Assembly (NCBI GenBank): GCA_964394435.1
Contig: CAYMXN010000002.1
Location: 78,196 to 142,195 of the forward strand
Length of the DNA stretch: 64,000 bases
Source: an uncultured Candidatus Saccharibacteria bacterium
GTDB lineage: Bacteria > Patescibacteriota > Minisyncoccia > UBA6257 > 1-14-0-10-44-23
Direction: 5' to 3'
Part shown: one piece after another, positions 56,542 through 64,000 of the stretch
Layout of the letters: each line of letters begins with the position of its first letter
How positions within the stretch are numbered: position 1 is the first letter of the stretch
Program-made: the position numbers and the translations under genes
The notes under the pieces: generated by a model
Database searches by the model: none
Told to the model about the DNA's origin: nothing
The model's input: only the letters and a program-made list of their open reading frames with translations

Positions 56542-58251
56542 TTACAGCGTGCCTTGAGCGCTTAGGATTTCTTGCGGGTTGGTCGTAATGAGCTGGTTTT
56601 CGGCGTAACTGGCTACGATTTGGATGGCGACGTGGTTTACACCAGCAAAGAAGAGCCCCTGCCCTACGTCTACTTCGAGTAGGAGGTTTTTTTCACCATC
56701 AGAGAGATTGAATGTTTTAGCGACTAAGTCGAGCATTGCCGGAGCTTGCTTTAGGAGGAGCTGAATTGAGGAGTTGGTGATAATTGGGCGGCCGAATGGT
56801 GAGGAGAGGAAGTCTTCGACATCTTGGGTGATGGTCGTGACACCTAAGAAGTATTTACGGGCGCGTTTTACTAAACCAAATAAGAAGGTGGCGCTGTCCT
56901 GATTTTTCATTAATATCCACGCCTCATCGATAAAGACGACGCGTTTCTTGAGTTCAGCGCGAATTAAGTTCCAGATGAAGTTCAGGACGATATACATCGC
57001 GATTGGACGCAACTCTTCTTCGAGATCGCGGAGAGAGAAGACGATCAGGCGGTTTTTAATATCGATGTTGGTCGGTTGGTTCGTAAATCCAGCGAAACTG
57101 CCTTCGCTGAAGCGGTAGAGGCGGTCGGCCATCTCTGCCCCACCCTCGAGGCTCTTGAGAATTGTAATTAAGTCCTTAAGTAGCGGCGGTGGGATGTTTG
57201 AGAAGTCTTTTCCGGCAACGATTTCGCGGGCGGCATAGGTTTCAGTAACTGCTCGGTCGAGCAATGCTTCTTCCCCTGGCTCTACTTTGCCGAGCATTAA
57301 TTTAATTAAACCAGTGAGGTTTACGATGTGACTGCGGAGTACTTCGGCCGGGTCTTCGTCTTTCGGGATTACTGGAATTTCAAAAGGATTGATGTGGTGC
57401 TCGGAGGTAAGTGAGATTCTGAAGTAGCTCCCCCCTACTGCGTTGGCGAGCTTTTCGTACTCATTTTCCGGGTCGATGATTAAGACGTCAGAGCCGGTCA
57501 TTAGTAGGCGGAGCGCCTCAAGCTTGGCAGCATACGACTTACCAGAGCCGGACTTAGCAAAGATAACCATATTCGCGTTTTCGAGGGAGAAGCGGTCGAA
57601 GATGATTAATGAGTTGTTGTGGCGATTGATACCATACAAAATACCTTCGTCGGAAGTAAGGTTGAGTGAGACAAATGGGAAGAACGAGGAGAGCGGGTTG
57701 GAGTTAAGTGGTGTGTGGATGAGGAGTTTGTCGGTGGCGGTAGGAAGTGTTGAGCTTAGTCCTTCAACTTGTTGGAAGATCGCTGGCTTGCTGTAGATTA
57801 AGCGGCTCTCGAGGAGATTTAAAATCGCACTTTCAATTTTGGCTAGCGAGTCGAGCGTGTCTCCATATAAGGTAATGTATACCCCTACCTGAAAGAGGTT
57901 TTGTTGGGATTGCTGGAGTGAGTCGCGCAGTCCTTCGATGTCCTGGCGAGCTGTTTCTAGGATTGGGTTGCGGATCAGCCCTTTTTGCTCCTGTTCGATC
58001 AATTGAGCTTCGACTTGAGTGGCTTTTTTGCGGAGATTTTTAAGGGCGAGCGCGGTTTCAACCGGGTTGATGTGTATAGAGACGTCGAGGAGGTCTGGAA
58101 AGTTAATAATTGGCGAGAACCAGCCCGTTGCTAGGTAGCGTGGGTAGGTAAAAATAAAGAGCGTTTTGACGTACTTTGAGCCGAGTTTGAGATAGTTCGA
58201 GTTTACCTCAAGTGCGGATGGAGCGATTGTGTTTTTGATATCGTCAGTCAT
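56542..58251 (-). CDS. VirB4/TraC-like (AAA-like, DUF87) secretion ATPase.
   Basis: Walker A FAKSGSGKS and Walker B VVFIDEAW in a roughly 570-aa protein. It is adjacent to a PrgI-like gene. Confidence 0.5.
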   Translation of the reverse strand: MTDDIKNTIAPSALEVNSNYLKLGSKYVKTLFIFTYPRYLATGWFSPIINFPDLLDVSIHINPVETALALKNLRKKATQVEAQLIEQEQKGLIRNPILETARQDIEGLRDSLQQSQQNLFQVGVYITLYGDTLDSLAKIESAILNLLESRLIYSKPAIFQQVEGLSSTLPTATDKLLIHTPLNSNPLSSFFPFVSLNLTSDEGILYGINRHNNSLIIFDRFSLENANMVIFAKSGSGKSYAAKLEALRLLMTGSDVLIIDPENEYEKLANAVGGSYFRISLTSEHHINPFEIPVIPKDEDPAEVLRSHIVNLTGLIKLMLGKVEPGEEALLDRAVTETYAAREIVAGKDFSNIPPPLLKDLITILKSLEGGAEMADRLYRFSEGSFAGFTNQPTNIDIKNRLIVFSLRDLEEELRPIAMYIVLNFIWNLIRAELKKRVVFIDEAWILMKNQDSATFLFGLVKRARKYFLGVTTITQDVEDFLSSPFGRPIITNSSIQLLLKQAPAMLDLVAKTFNLSDGEKNLLLEVDVGQGLFFAGVNHVAIQIVASYAENQLITTNPQEILSAQGTL

Positions 58252-58252
58252 A

Positions 58253-58927
58253 TTAAGACGTTTGAACTTCGAGGTTTTTCTTTTCCGTCGACTCCGGGTT
58301 GTACAGGTTATAGAAGAGCTCTACGACTTCATTGTCATTAAGTGGTATGGCGCGCAACCCAATTTGATTTAGTCCGCTAATTACTTGGTCGGTTCGTTGC
58401 GAGAGCTGCCCGACGTTGATGTTGAATTGGCGATCATCTTCTTCATTGGCAGTTATCGGAGCTCCTTTACTCAATAGGCCAAAAAGCCCTTTAGTTATCA
58501 CTTTGCCTGCTTCTGGGATGACGACTGGATCAAACGGCACCACGATAAAGAACGTTTTGTTCATAATCGCGTTTTCAGAAACAAATGAGCGGATGAATTC
58601 GCGATACTCTGCAATCTGCGTTCTTAACAATGGGTTGGTTTCCTGAACTTCGAGCTTAGAAAGATTATTGAGGTAGTTGTTGATATTAAGTTTGCGTGAG
58701 TGAATGAAGATTTCAATTGAAAAATTAAGCGAGTTAAGAAAGTTTTGGTATGCAAAAGTGATCGCCTCTTGTTCTTCTTCAGATTTTAGGTCGAAGTTCA
58801 TGCCTGAAACCATCAGAATCTGACGTAGACCTCCATTTTTCAAAATTAAGACGCCATTTTTGACGCTTTTTATTTCGATGAACTGTTGAGTTGCTTGTGA
58901 TGGTTGTCCCTGTTTAGTCTCTGGCAT
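58253..58927 (-). CDS. Hypothetical protein, an accessory of the T4SS-like cluster.
   Basis: Translationally coupled to the VirB4-like gene. Confidence 0.35.
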   Translation of the reverse strand: MPETKQGQPSQATQQFIEIKSVKNGVLILKNGGLRQILMVSGMNFDLKSEEEQEAITFAYQNFLNSLNFSIEIFIHSRKLNINNYLNNLSKLEVQETNPLLRTQIAEYREFIRSFVSENAIMNKTFFIVVPFDPVVIPEAGKVITKGLFGLLSKGAPITANEEDDRQFNINVGQLSQRTDQVISGLNQIGLRAIPLNDNEVVELFYNLYNPESTEKKNLEVQTS

Positions 58928-58945
58928 ATAGATAGTATAACAGCT

Positions 58946-59458
58946 TTATCGGTAATCGACGCGCTTGCGAAGTTCGGCATCCCCTGTTTCGTGCTTAAAT
59001 ACTTCGTATTTTTCCAAAACCTCCGTTGGTTTTTTAAAAAATGAGAAGAAGGTTGAGGCTTTTTCTCGGTTTTCGATCGCTTCGGTAGTAGTGTTCATTT
59101 TGAGCCAGAGGTGCTTGAGCTGGCTTGGACCCTCTTCTTGTTTTGGGATGCGGCTGATAGTAGGGAGTTCTGGGCCCATGTCGGCTCGTTTCCAGACATA
59201 AAACTTTGGTTGCCAAAGGTAGCTAAATCCAGCAAGGATTGTGTGGATCAAGGGTCGGCCGTTGAATTTGATGAATGCGAGCGCGCACGCGAGCGTGCCG
59301 ATGATGACGGTTACGATAACCCAGAGCCAGGTTTGTAAAACGAAAAATAGAATAAAGCAGAGCCCGCCGGCGATGGCGAGGTAAAGAAACTCACGAAGAG
59401 TGAGCGGACCAAAAATCTTATCTTCAATTTCAATGAATTGAGGAACTTGAAACTGCAT
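58946..59458 (-). CDS. PrgI-family (VirB3-like) membrane protein.
   Basis: MQFQVPQFIEIEDKIFGPLTLREFLYLAIAGGL followed by two TM helices. Confidence 0.5.
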   Translation of the reverse strand: MQFQVPQFIEIEDKIFGPLTLREFLYLAIAGGLCFILFFVLQTWLWVIVTVIIGTLACALAFIKFNGRPLIHTILAGFSYLWQPKFYVWKRADMGPELPTISRIPKQEEGPSQLKHLWLKMNTTTEAIENREKASTFFSFFKKPTEVLEKYEVFKHETGDAELRKRVDYR

Positions 59459-59504
59459 ACATATATTATACGGCGGAAATGCGTAAACAAAAACAGCAGC
59501 CCGT

Positions 59505-60467
59505 TTAGAACTTTGGCTGCTGTTTTTCGTTTGTTTTTTCGTCGAGCGGGGTGCGCTGGGTAGTGTAGTGGACGATTTTTGGTATTTCCGGACCGGCTGT
59601 TTTAGCGGTTTGCGGTGCTACCGGCTTTTTCATGCTGCTCTCAAACGGCGAGATGAACTGTGCTGGTGCGGGACGTGGTCCCTTAGGTACTTCTGCTTGT
59701 GGTTGAACTCGGAAGGAGAAGCTTTCGCGAGTTGGCTGACTAAGTGGAGCGACCGGTTTTTCTTCGTGGAGCATAAACGGTTTTTTCATACTTACCACAT
59801 TAGCCGTTGGTTGCGTTGGGGCTACTGGGGTTGGGGTTGGCGACGTCGGTGTTGGCGCTGGACGGCTTACGGCGACGTTGTTGCTAAAGCTGATGACGCG
59901 GGCTTTAGGTTGCTCTGGGCCTGGTTGGACTGGAGCGACTGGAACTGTACTTGTCGGCGTTGACGTTGGAGTTTGAGCTGGCTGGAGCGGCTGGGCTGGT
60001 GTAGGGGCTCCGATTGGCGGAATCTTCTCTCCTCCGATTGCTTCGACGGGAATAAAAGAAATGTCGATGCCGGTTGTGTTTTTAAGGGCGACGGCGATTG
60101 GGTTTAAGATTTTACCCTTAATTTCTGCAGCAATTTTTTGAGTAATCTCAACAGGAAGACCTAAGTCTTTTTTAAGTTGGTCGACGAATTCTTTTGGCTG
60201 GATTATCCCAACGACTAAGCGGGTTATGTCGCGGGGAATGATGCGAAGCTTGCCCGGCGGAATATGATTTTTGTCGTTTAAGAGGGTAACAGTATCTACC
60301 ACTTGGTCAGAAGTAAGCCAGACACGGATTGCTTCAGGAAGAAGGCTGAACGCTCCGGCTTTTTGAGCGGCAAGGGTTTCAATATCTACTGGAGTTGCTT
60401 GTTGGGTTGATGTGTTTTCCATGGATTTTAAACTACTGAACCAGGGCTCTGGTTGGTTCGGTGCCAA
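59505..60467 (-). CDS. Pro/Thr-rich hypothetical protein.
   Basis: A long PTPTSTP low-complexity linker between two small domains. Confidence 0.35.
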   Translation of the reverse strand: MAPNQPEPWFSSLKSMENTSTQQATPVDIETLAAQKAGAFSLLPEAIRVWLTSDQVVDTVTLLNDKNHIPPGKLRIIPRDITRLVVGIIQPKEFVDQLKKDLGLPVEITQKIAAEIKGKILNPIAVALKNTTGIDISFIPVEAIGGEKIPPIGAPTPAQPLQPAQTPTSTPTSTVPVAPVQPGPEQPKARVISFSNNVAVSRPAPTPTSPTPTPVAPTQPTANVVSMKKPFMLHEEKPVAPLSQPTRESFSFRVQPQAEVPKGPRPAPAQFISPFESSMKKPVAPQTAKTAGPEIPKIVHYTTQRTPLDEKTNEKQQPKF

Positions 60468-62671
60468 GCTTCAACGCTGCGTGAGAGATCTTGAATAAGT
60501 GCGACTTGTTTATCAATAACTGCGATATCTGCCTTTGGTAGCGCGCGCTTCGTACGAAGGTCCTTGAGTTGATTTTCGAGTTCAGTTCTGGCATCGGTTA
60601 ATCCATAGTTTTTTAGTATCTCATCCCACTTTGCTTTTCCACCGACTCCACCAGTAACCACTGTGTTGAGTGATGTTCCTATGGTAGAGACCTGCTGATC
60701 AAAGGCGCTAAGCATTGCTGCGGTCTCCTCATTTCCAGCATCGGGTAGGCGCTTGCCAAGAATGATACGGTTTTTCGCATATCTTTCGGCGAGTTCTTTT
60801 TGTGCTGGTGCTGACATTTTGTCGAAGCGAATCTTTGCGAGATCTTCGTTTTTCATTGTTCTGATTTGAGCTAAAACAACTTCGTCATCGGTTGATTGAG
60901 CGGTGAGTTTGTTGTTTTTCATAAACTCATCATCAGTTCTTGAGAGTGCAGCCATCATCTTAGGCCTACTAAGCATCATTTCTTTCTTAGCGGAGCTGTA
61001 TGCTTCAGTGGCTCCGGCTTTCTTTGCGGCTTCGAGGAGTTCGAGCATGCGGTCATCAGTTATCTTGTCGGTCCCAAGAGCTTTTTTATCCGCGAGCTGT
61101 TGAAGCATAGCGAGTCTTTCAGCGGTGCCATTTCCGCCATGCGGGTGGCCAACCTCTTTAATGAGTTCATCAGCCCCAAGGTCCTTGAGGTGTTCGCTCT
61201 TGTATTTACTCGCTTCCTGCTGAAGCTTGCCAGTTTTATCTCCCCTATCTGCTAGGCTCGCGACCCAGCCAATTCCTTTGTTTGGATCGATATTAGGAGC
61301 TTGGAATTTACCGGTTTCGAGACTCTTATTGCCAGCTTTGCCGATCCAGGATCCGGCCTTAAATATACCCTTGCCGGCAAGTCCGACTCCGGCATATTTA
61401 AGTGGGTTGTATTTACCCTTTGTTGCAAGCTCTGCGGTTTTTCCGGCGAGTTGCGTGGTGCCAGAGAGTGCGGATTTGCTTAAGCCAAGCGCACCACGGG
61501 CGATGAAACCACCAACGCCAAAGGCGAGTGCAGTGCCTATTACCCCTCCCGCCTTCCCTGCTTTCATGGCCGCAACTAATATGCCGCACAGGATAAGCAT
61601 TTGGATGATATTAACCAAGAGGTCTTTGCCGAAAAGGCCGCCACTTACTGCAGTAACTTCGGTGGTAGTGATAGCTAAAAATACTACAAATGTAACGGTT
61701 GGTAGATAGATAACCCATTTGATAAAATTACTCCACCATTTATCCCAGTGTTCGTTTAGTTTTGGTATTACGTGTAGGCCCCAAATGAGCGGCATAAACA
61801 TAATAAGTATCGCTAACGAGATGTTTCTCGTGAGAACCATAATGGCTAGTGCCATCATAATTACGCCTAGTAATATCGTCATTACATCAGCTAAAAGCAC
61901 TCCTTGGATAATTTTAAACCAAGTCGCCCATCCCCTGTCGCCTTCATTTATCTGAAATTGATAATGCTTACTTCCGTCTTCGTTGGTTCCTAATCTTCTA
62001 ATTCCGCTATATGGATCACCATTTGTATTGTCTTGCGATACAATTCCAAAGTCATTCGGGTCGGCGGGTGAGAGAAGGGATTGAGGATTAAATGCGGATC
62101 CGATTTTTTCGGGAGTTACTTTTCCGATGAAAAAGTTAGTAAATACATTGCTAACATCTATGAATGCACTGGCGATTAAAAAACTAAAGTTTACTAAGAC
62201 TGCGCCAATGATTAAACTTTTCATAAGGCGCTTAGCGCTATATTCTTCGATTTGGAAAATCGTGGCAAACGCCATAATGATAATGGCGAGAACAAACAGT
62301 AGGTTTGTTAAGCTTTGAGTTACTCTAAATCCGGCGATAATAATCGGCATTTCCATAATATTGACGCCTAAACTCATCAGCGCCTTAGTCGCAGACGCTC
62401 CAATATTAAGAATTATTGCAAAGAAGCGTCCAATAATTAACAAAAGAAAGAGGATTGTTTTTTGTAGGGCGATACGGAGATTGCATCCGATTTCTGTTAT
62501 AGAGCAGTTTCCATAATTTATGTCTACATCATAGTTGGCAGTAGCAGCACTTAAATTTATTTCTGCATGGGCAATCGGTATTGCGCGTGGAGAAGTAAAT
62601 AAAACTAAGCCGAACAAGACGGCGAGCGAGAGCCCGGCAATTATCTTAGTTGTTAAATTCCACCTACGCAT
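60428..62671 (-). CDS. VirB6/TrbL-like polytopic membrane protein with a long C-terminal extension.
   Basis: A signal peptide, at least six TM helices, and a Lys-rich coiled-coil tail. Confidence 0.45.
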   Translation of the reverse strand: MRRWNLTTKIIAGLSLAVLFGLVLFTSPRAIPIAHAEINLSAATANYDVDINYGNCSITEIGCNLRIALQKTILFLLLIIGRFFAIILNIGASATKALMSLGVNIMEMPIIIAGFRVTQSLTNLLFVLAIIIMAFATIFQIEEYSAKRLMKSLIIGAVLVNFSFLIASAFIDVSNVFTNFFIGKVTPEKIGSAFNPQSLLSPADPNDFGIVSQDNTNGDPYSGIRRLGTNEDGSKHYQFQINEGDRGWATWFKIIQGVLLADVMTILLGVIMMALAIMVLTRNISLAILIMFMPLIWGLHVIPKLNEHWDKWWSNFIKWVIYLPTVTFVVFLAITTTEVTAVSGGLFGKDLLVNIIQMLILCGILVAAMKAGKAGGVIGTALAFGVGGFIARGALGLSKSALSGTTQLAGKTAELATKGKYNPLKYAGVGLAGKGIFKAGSWIGKAGNKSLETGKFQAPNIDPNKGIGWVASLADRGDKTGKLQQEASKYKSEHLKDLGADELIKEVGHPHGGNGTAERLAMLQQLADKKALGTDKITDDRMLELLEAAKKAGATEAYSSAKKEMMLSRPKMMAALSRTDDEFMKNNKLTAQSTDDEVVLAQIRTMKNEDLAKIRFDKMSAPAQKELAERYAKNRIILGKRLPDAGNEETAAMLSAFDQQVSTIGTSLNTVVTGGVGGKAKWDEILKNYGLTDARTELENQLKDLRTKRALPKADIAVIDKQVALIQDLSRSVEAWHRTNQSPGSVV

Positions 62672-63987
62672 ATTCTTACGTCTCGCTTAATTGATTCAAC
62701 GCTATTATTAGTTTGATCATCAGCTGCAAGTGTTGTTTTTTCGCTTTCAGCGTTTATGCGTAGCTGTTCAGCATTTGTTACGTCAGCCGGTATAGCGATG
62801 TTGGTCGCAATTGCATCTAAGTTAGCCCAGTCATCTTGTGCGAGATTGTCTATCTGTGTTTTTGCTGCTTCGAGAGTGTCGATGATGATTTGGTTGGCGT
62901 TAATTCGGCCGGAGAGGTCGGTGGCGAGTGCGCGAGCGGTTATGAGTTTAGTTGAGACGCAGTAGTTGAGTGAGCCATTTTCATAATCATCCATATAGGC
63001 GATAAGGTTATTCTCTAGCGAGAGAGAGTCTTTCATTATAGTTTTGGCGATCAATCGTGGAATAAGCGCGCTATCAATTTGATTTTTGAGGTCGTTTTTA
63101 GCTCCCGTGAAACCGGAGCGAAGCACGTTGATGTATTGCTGACAAGCTTCGAGTGCGTTTCCGGTTAAGTTTTTGCATGCATTAGCTTTGTTTGAGCCGC
63201 CACTTCCGCGCTGGGTAATATTTTTCAAACCATCAACCCCCGAGACGATGAGGCGGTTGATTAACGCGTCAGAAATCGCCGTTACGTACTCATCGAGTTC
63301 GTCGGCGGTGAGTAGGAAGTCGATGTTGCTCGTAAACGCTTTACTGGCGAGGTCGCCGACAATTCTACCTGGCGTGGTGATTTGGCAGGTAGACGGGATA
63401 TCCCCTCCTTTTTTGTCACCATCGAGGTCTGGTCCATTTGGATTAAGCGGGTCTTCGCTGCAGCTTTGCCCACCCAAAAATCCGTTACCCGCTTTAGCCT
63501 GGCTCTCTGCGTTGTACTGTGCCTGGCTAATACGTCTATCTAATTCATCTTGCGTTAACAAGAAGGCGCCATAGATATTGTTTTGCGGTTCCCAAAGGGT
63601 TTGATAGGCTAGCCAACCACCATTATCAAAATCGTTATAAAAACTTTGAACATTGCCGACGATTTGGTCGAGCGTACAAGTGATTGAGGTGCTGAAGCGC
63701 TTCACTGGGCTTAGAGCGACGCGAATTTGAGCTTGGATTGGGTCACAGAGGAAGCCGAGGGCGGAGCTTTGAATAAACTCGCCTGCGGCAGCGCTGCCCG
63801 CATCTTGAAGAAAGCCACTCCAATCAGTAACAAATCGGGGCTTACCCTCTCCTTGTACCCAGCCGATAATTTGGTCAACCATCTGGTCGAGTAGTAATTT
63901 TTTAAGCTTGGCACGGAGCAGGCGTTCGATTCGAGTTTTGGTGTCGAGAGCGAGCGAGCCCGTGGTATTTTTGGCGATAAGTGCCAA
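62653..63987 (-). CDS. Large hypothetical secreted or surface protein. The 5' end may lie beyond the window.
   Basis: Cys-containing, Gly/Asn-rich; co-oriented with the T4SS-like cluster. Confidence 0.35.
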   Translation of the reverse strand: MALIAKNTTGSLALDTKTRIERLLRAKLKKLLLDQMVDQIIGWVQGEGKPRFVTDWSGFLQDAGSAAAGEFIQSSALGFLCDPIQAQIRVALSPVKRFSTSITCTLDQIVGNVQSFYNDFDNGGWLAYQTLWEPQNNIYGAFLLTQDELDRRISQAQYNAESQAKAGNGFLGGQSCSEDPLNPNGPDLDGDKKGGDIPSTCQITTPGRIVGDLASKAFTSNIDFLLTADELDEYVTAISDALINRLIVSGVDGLKNITQRGSGGSNKANACKNLTGNALEACQQYINVLRSGFTGAKNDLKNQIDSALIPRLIAKTIMKDSLSLENNLIAYMDDYENGSLNYCVSTKLITARALATDLSGRINANQIIIDTLEAAKTQIDNLAQDDWANLDAIATNIAIPADVTNAEQLRINAESEKTTLAADDQTNNSVESIKRDVRICVGGI

Positions 63988-64000
63988 CTTTGGGTCGTTG

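Noticed and set aside
1-64000. Alternative genetic code (UGA or UAG recoding, as in some CPR lineages).
   Set aside because: Long conserved ORFs (ileS, the Clp gene, pyrG, PBP, dnaA) are uninterrupted, and genes terminate at TAA, TAG or TGA. The code appears standard. The single in-frame TAG at 4416 is treated as a local disruption.
1-64000. CRISPR array, Cas genes, transposase, integrase or IS elements.
   Set aside because: No regularly spaced direct repeats with unique spacers and no transposase or integrase-like ORFs were found. The only periodic repeats are the 7-bp iteron arrays.

Overview
This 64 kb window looks like a low-GC (about 45%) chromosome segment with small-genome, Patescibacteria/CPR-like features. 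Evidence for that context is a tRNA without an encoded CCA, compact housekeeping genes, and a PrgI/VirB4/VirB6-like type IV secretion cluster. The window spans the replication origin region: rpmH-rnpA-yidC-jag on the + strand diverge from dnaA-dnaN on the - strand, with a DnaA-box cluster between dnaA and dnaN. Recognisable core genes are trpS, ileS, argS, smpB plus tmRNA, infC-rpmI-rplT, rpsT, pyrG, ruvA, ruvB, ruvC, holA-like, tsaE, a Clp ATPase, PBP1A and PilB/GspE. There is also an oxidative and deaminated base repair set: a MutY-like glycosylase, two NUDIX proteins, MutM and an EndoQ-like PHP nuclease. The most unusual feature is a series of at least six, possibly eight, compositionally foreign GC-rich single-gene cassettes of about 60-65% GC. 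Most carry their own near-consensus sigma70 promoter, a strong Shine-Dalgarno and an intrinsic terminator; the partial cassette at the window start and the one upstream of argS lack a visible consensus promoter. They are inserted between housekeeping genes, often immediately 5' of and co-oriented with a host gene. Several of the cassettes are flanked by arrays of five 7-bp iterons of consensus ATGARTT, which sit directly upstream of host start codons. One cassette is also flanked by a duplicated copy of the first ~15 codons of mutM, which supports the view that it is an insertion. Other notable items are an IleRS with a complete histidine-phosphatase domain embedded in its zinc-knuckle region, a Clp ATPase with a membrane anchor and a degenerate first AAA module, and candidate small RNAs and small basic or acidic ORFs. 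The genetic code appears standard, and no CRISPR array, transposase or integrase is visible.
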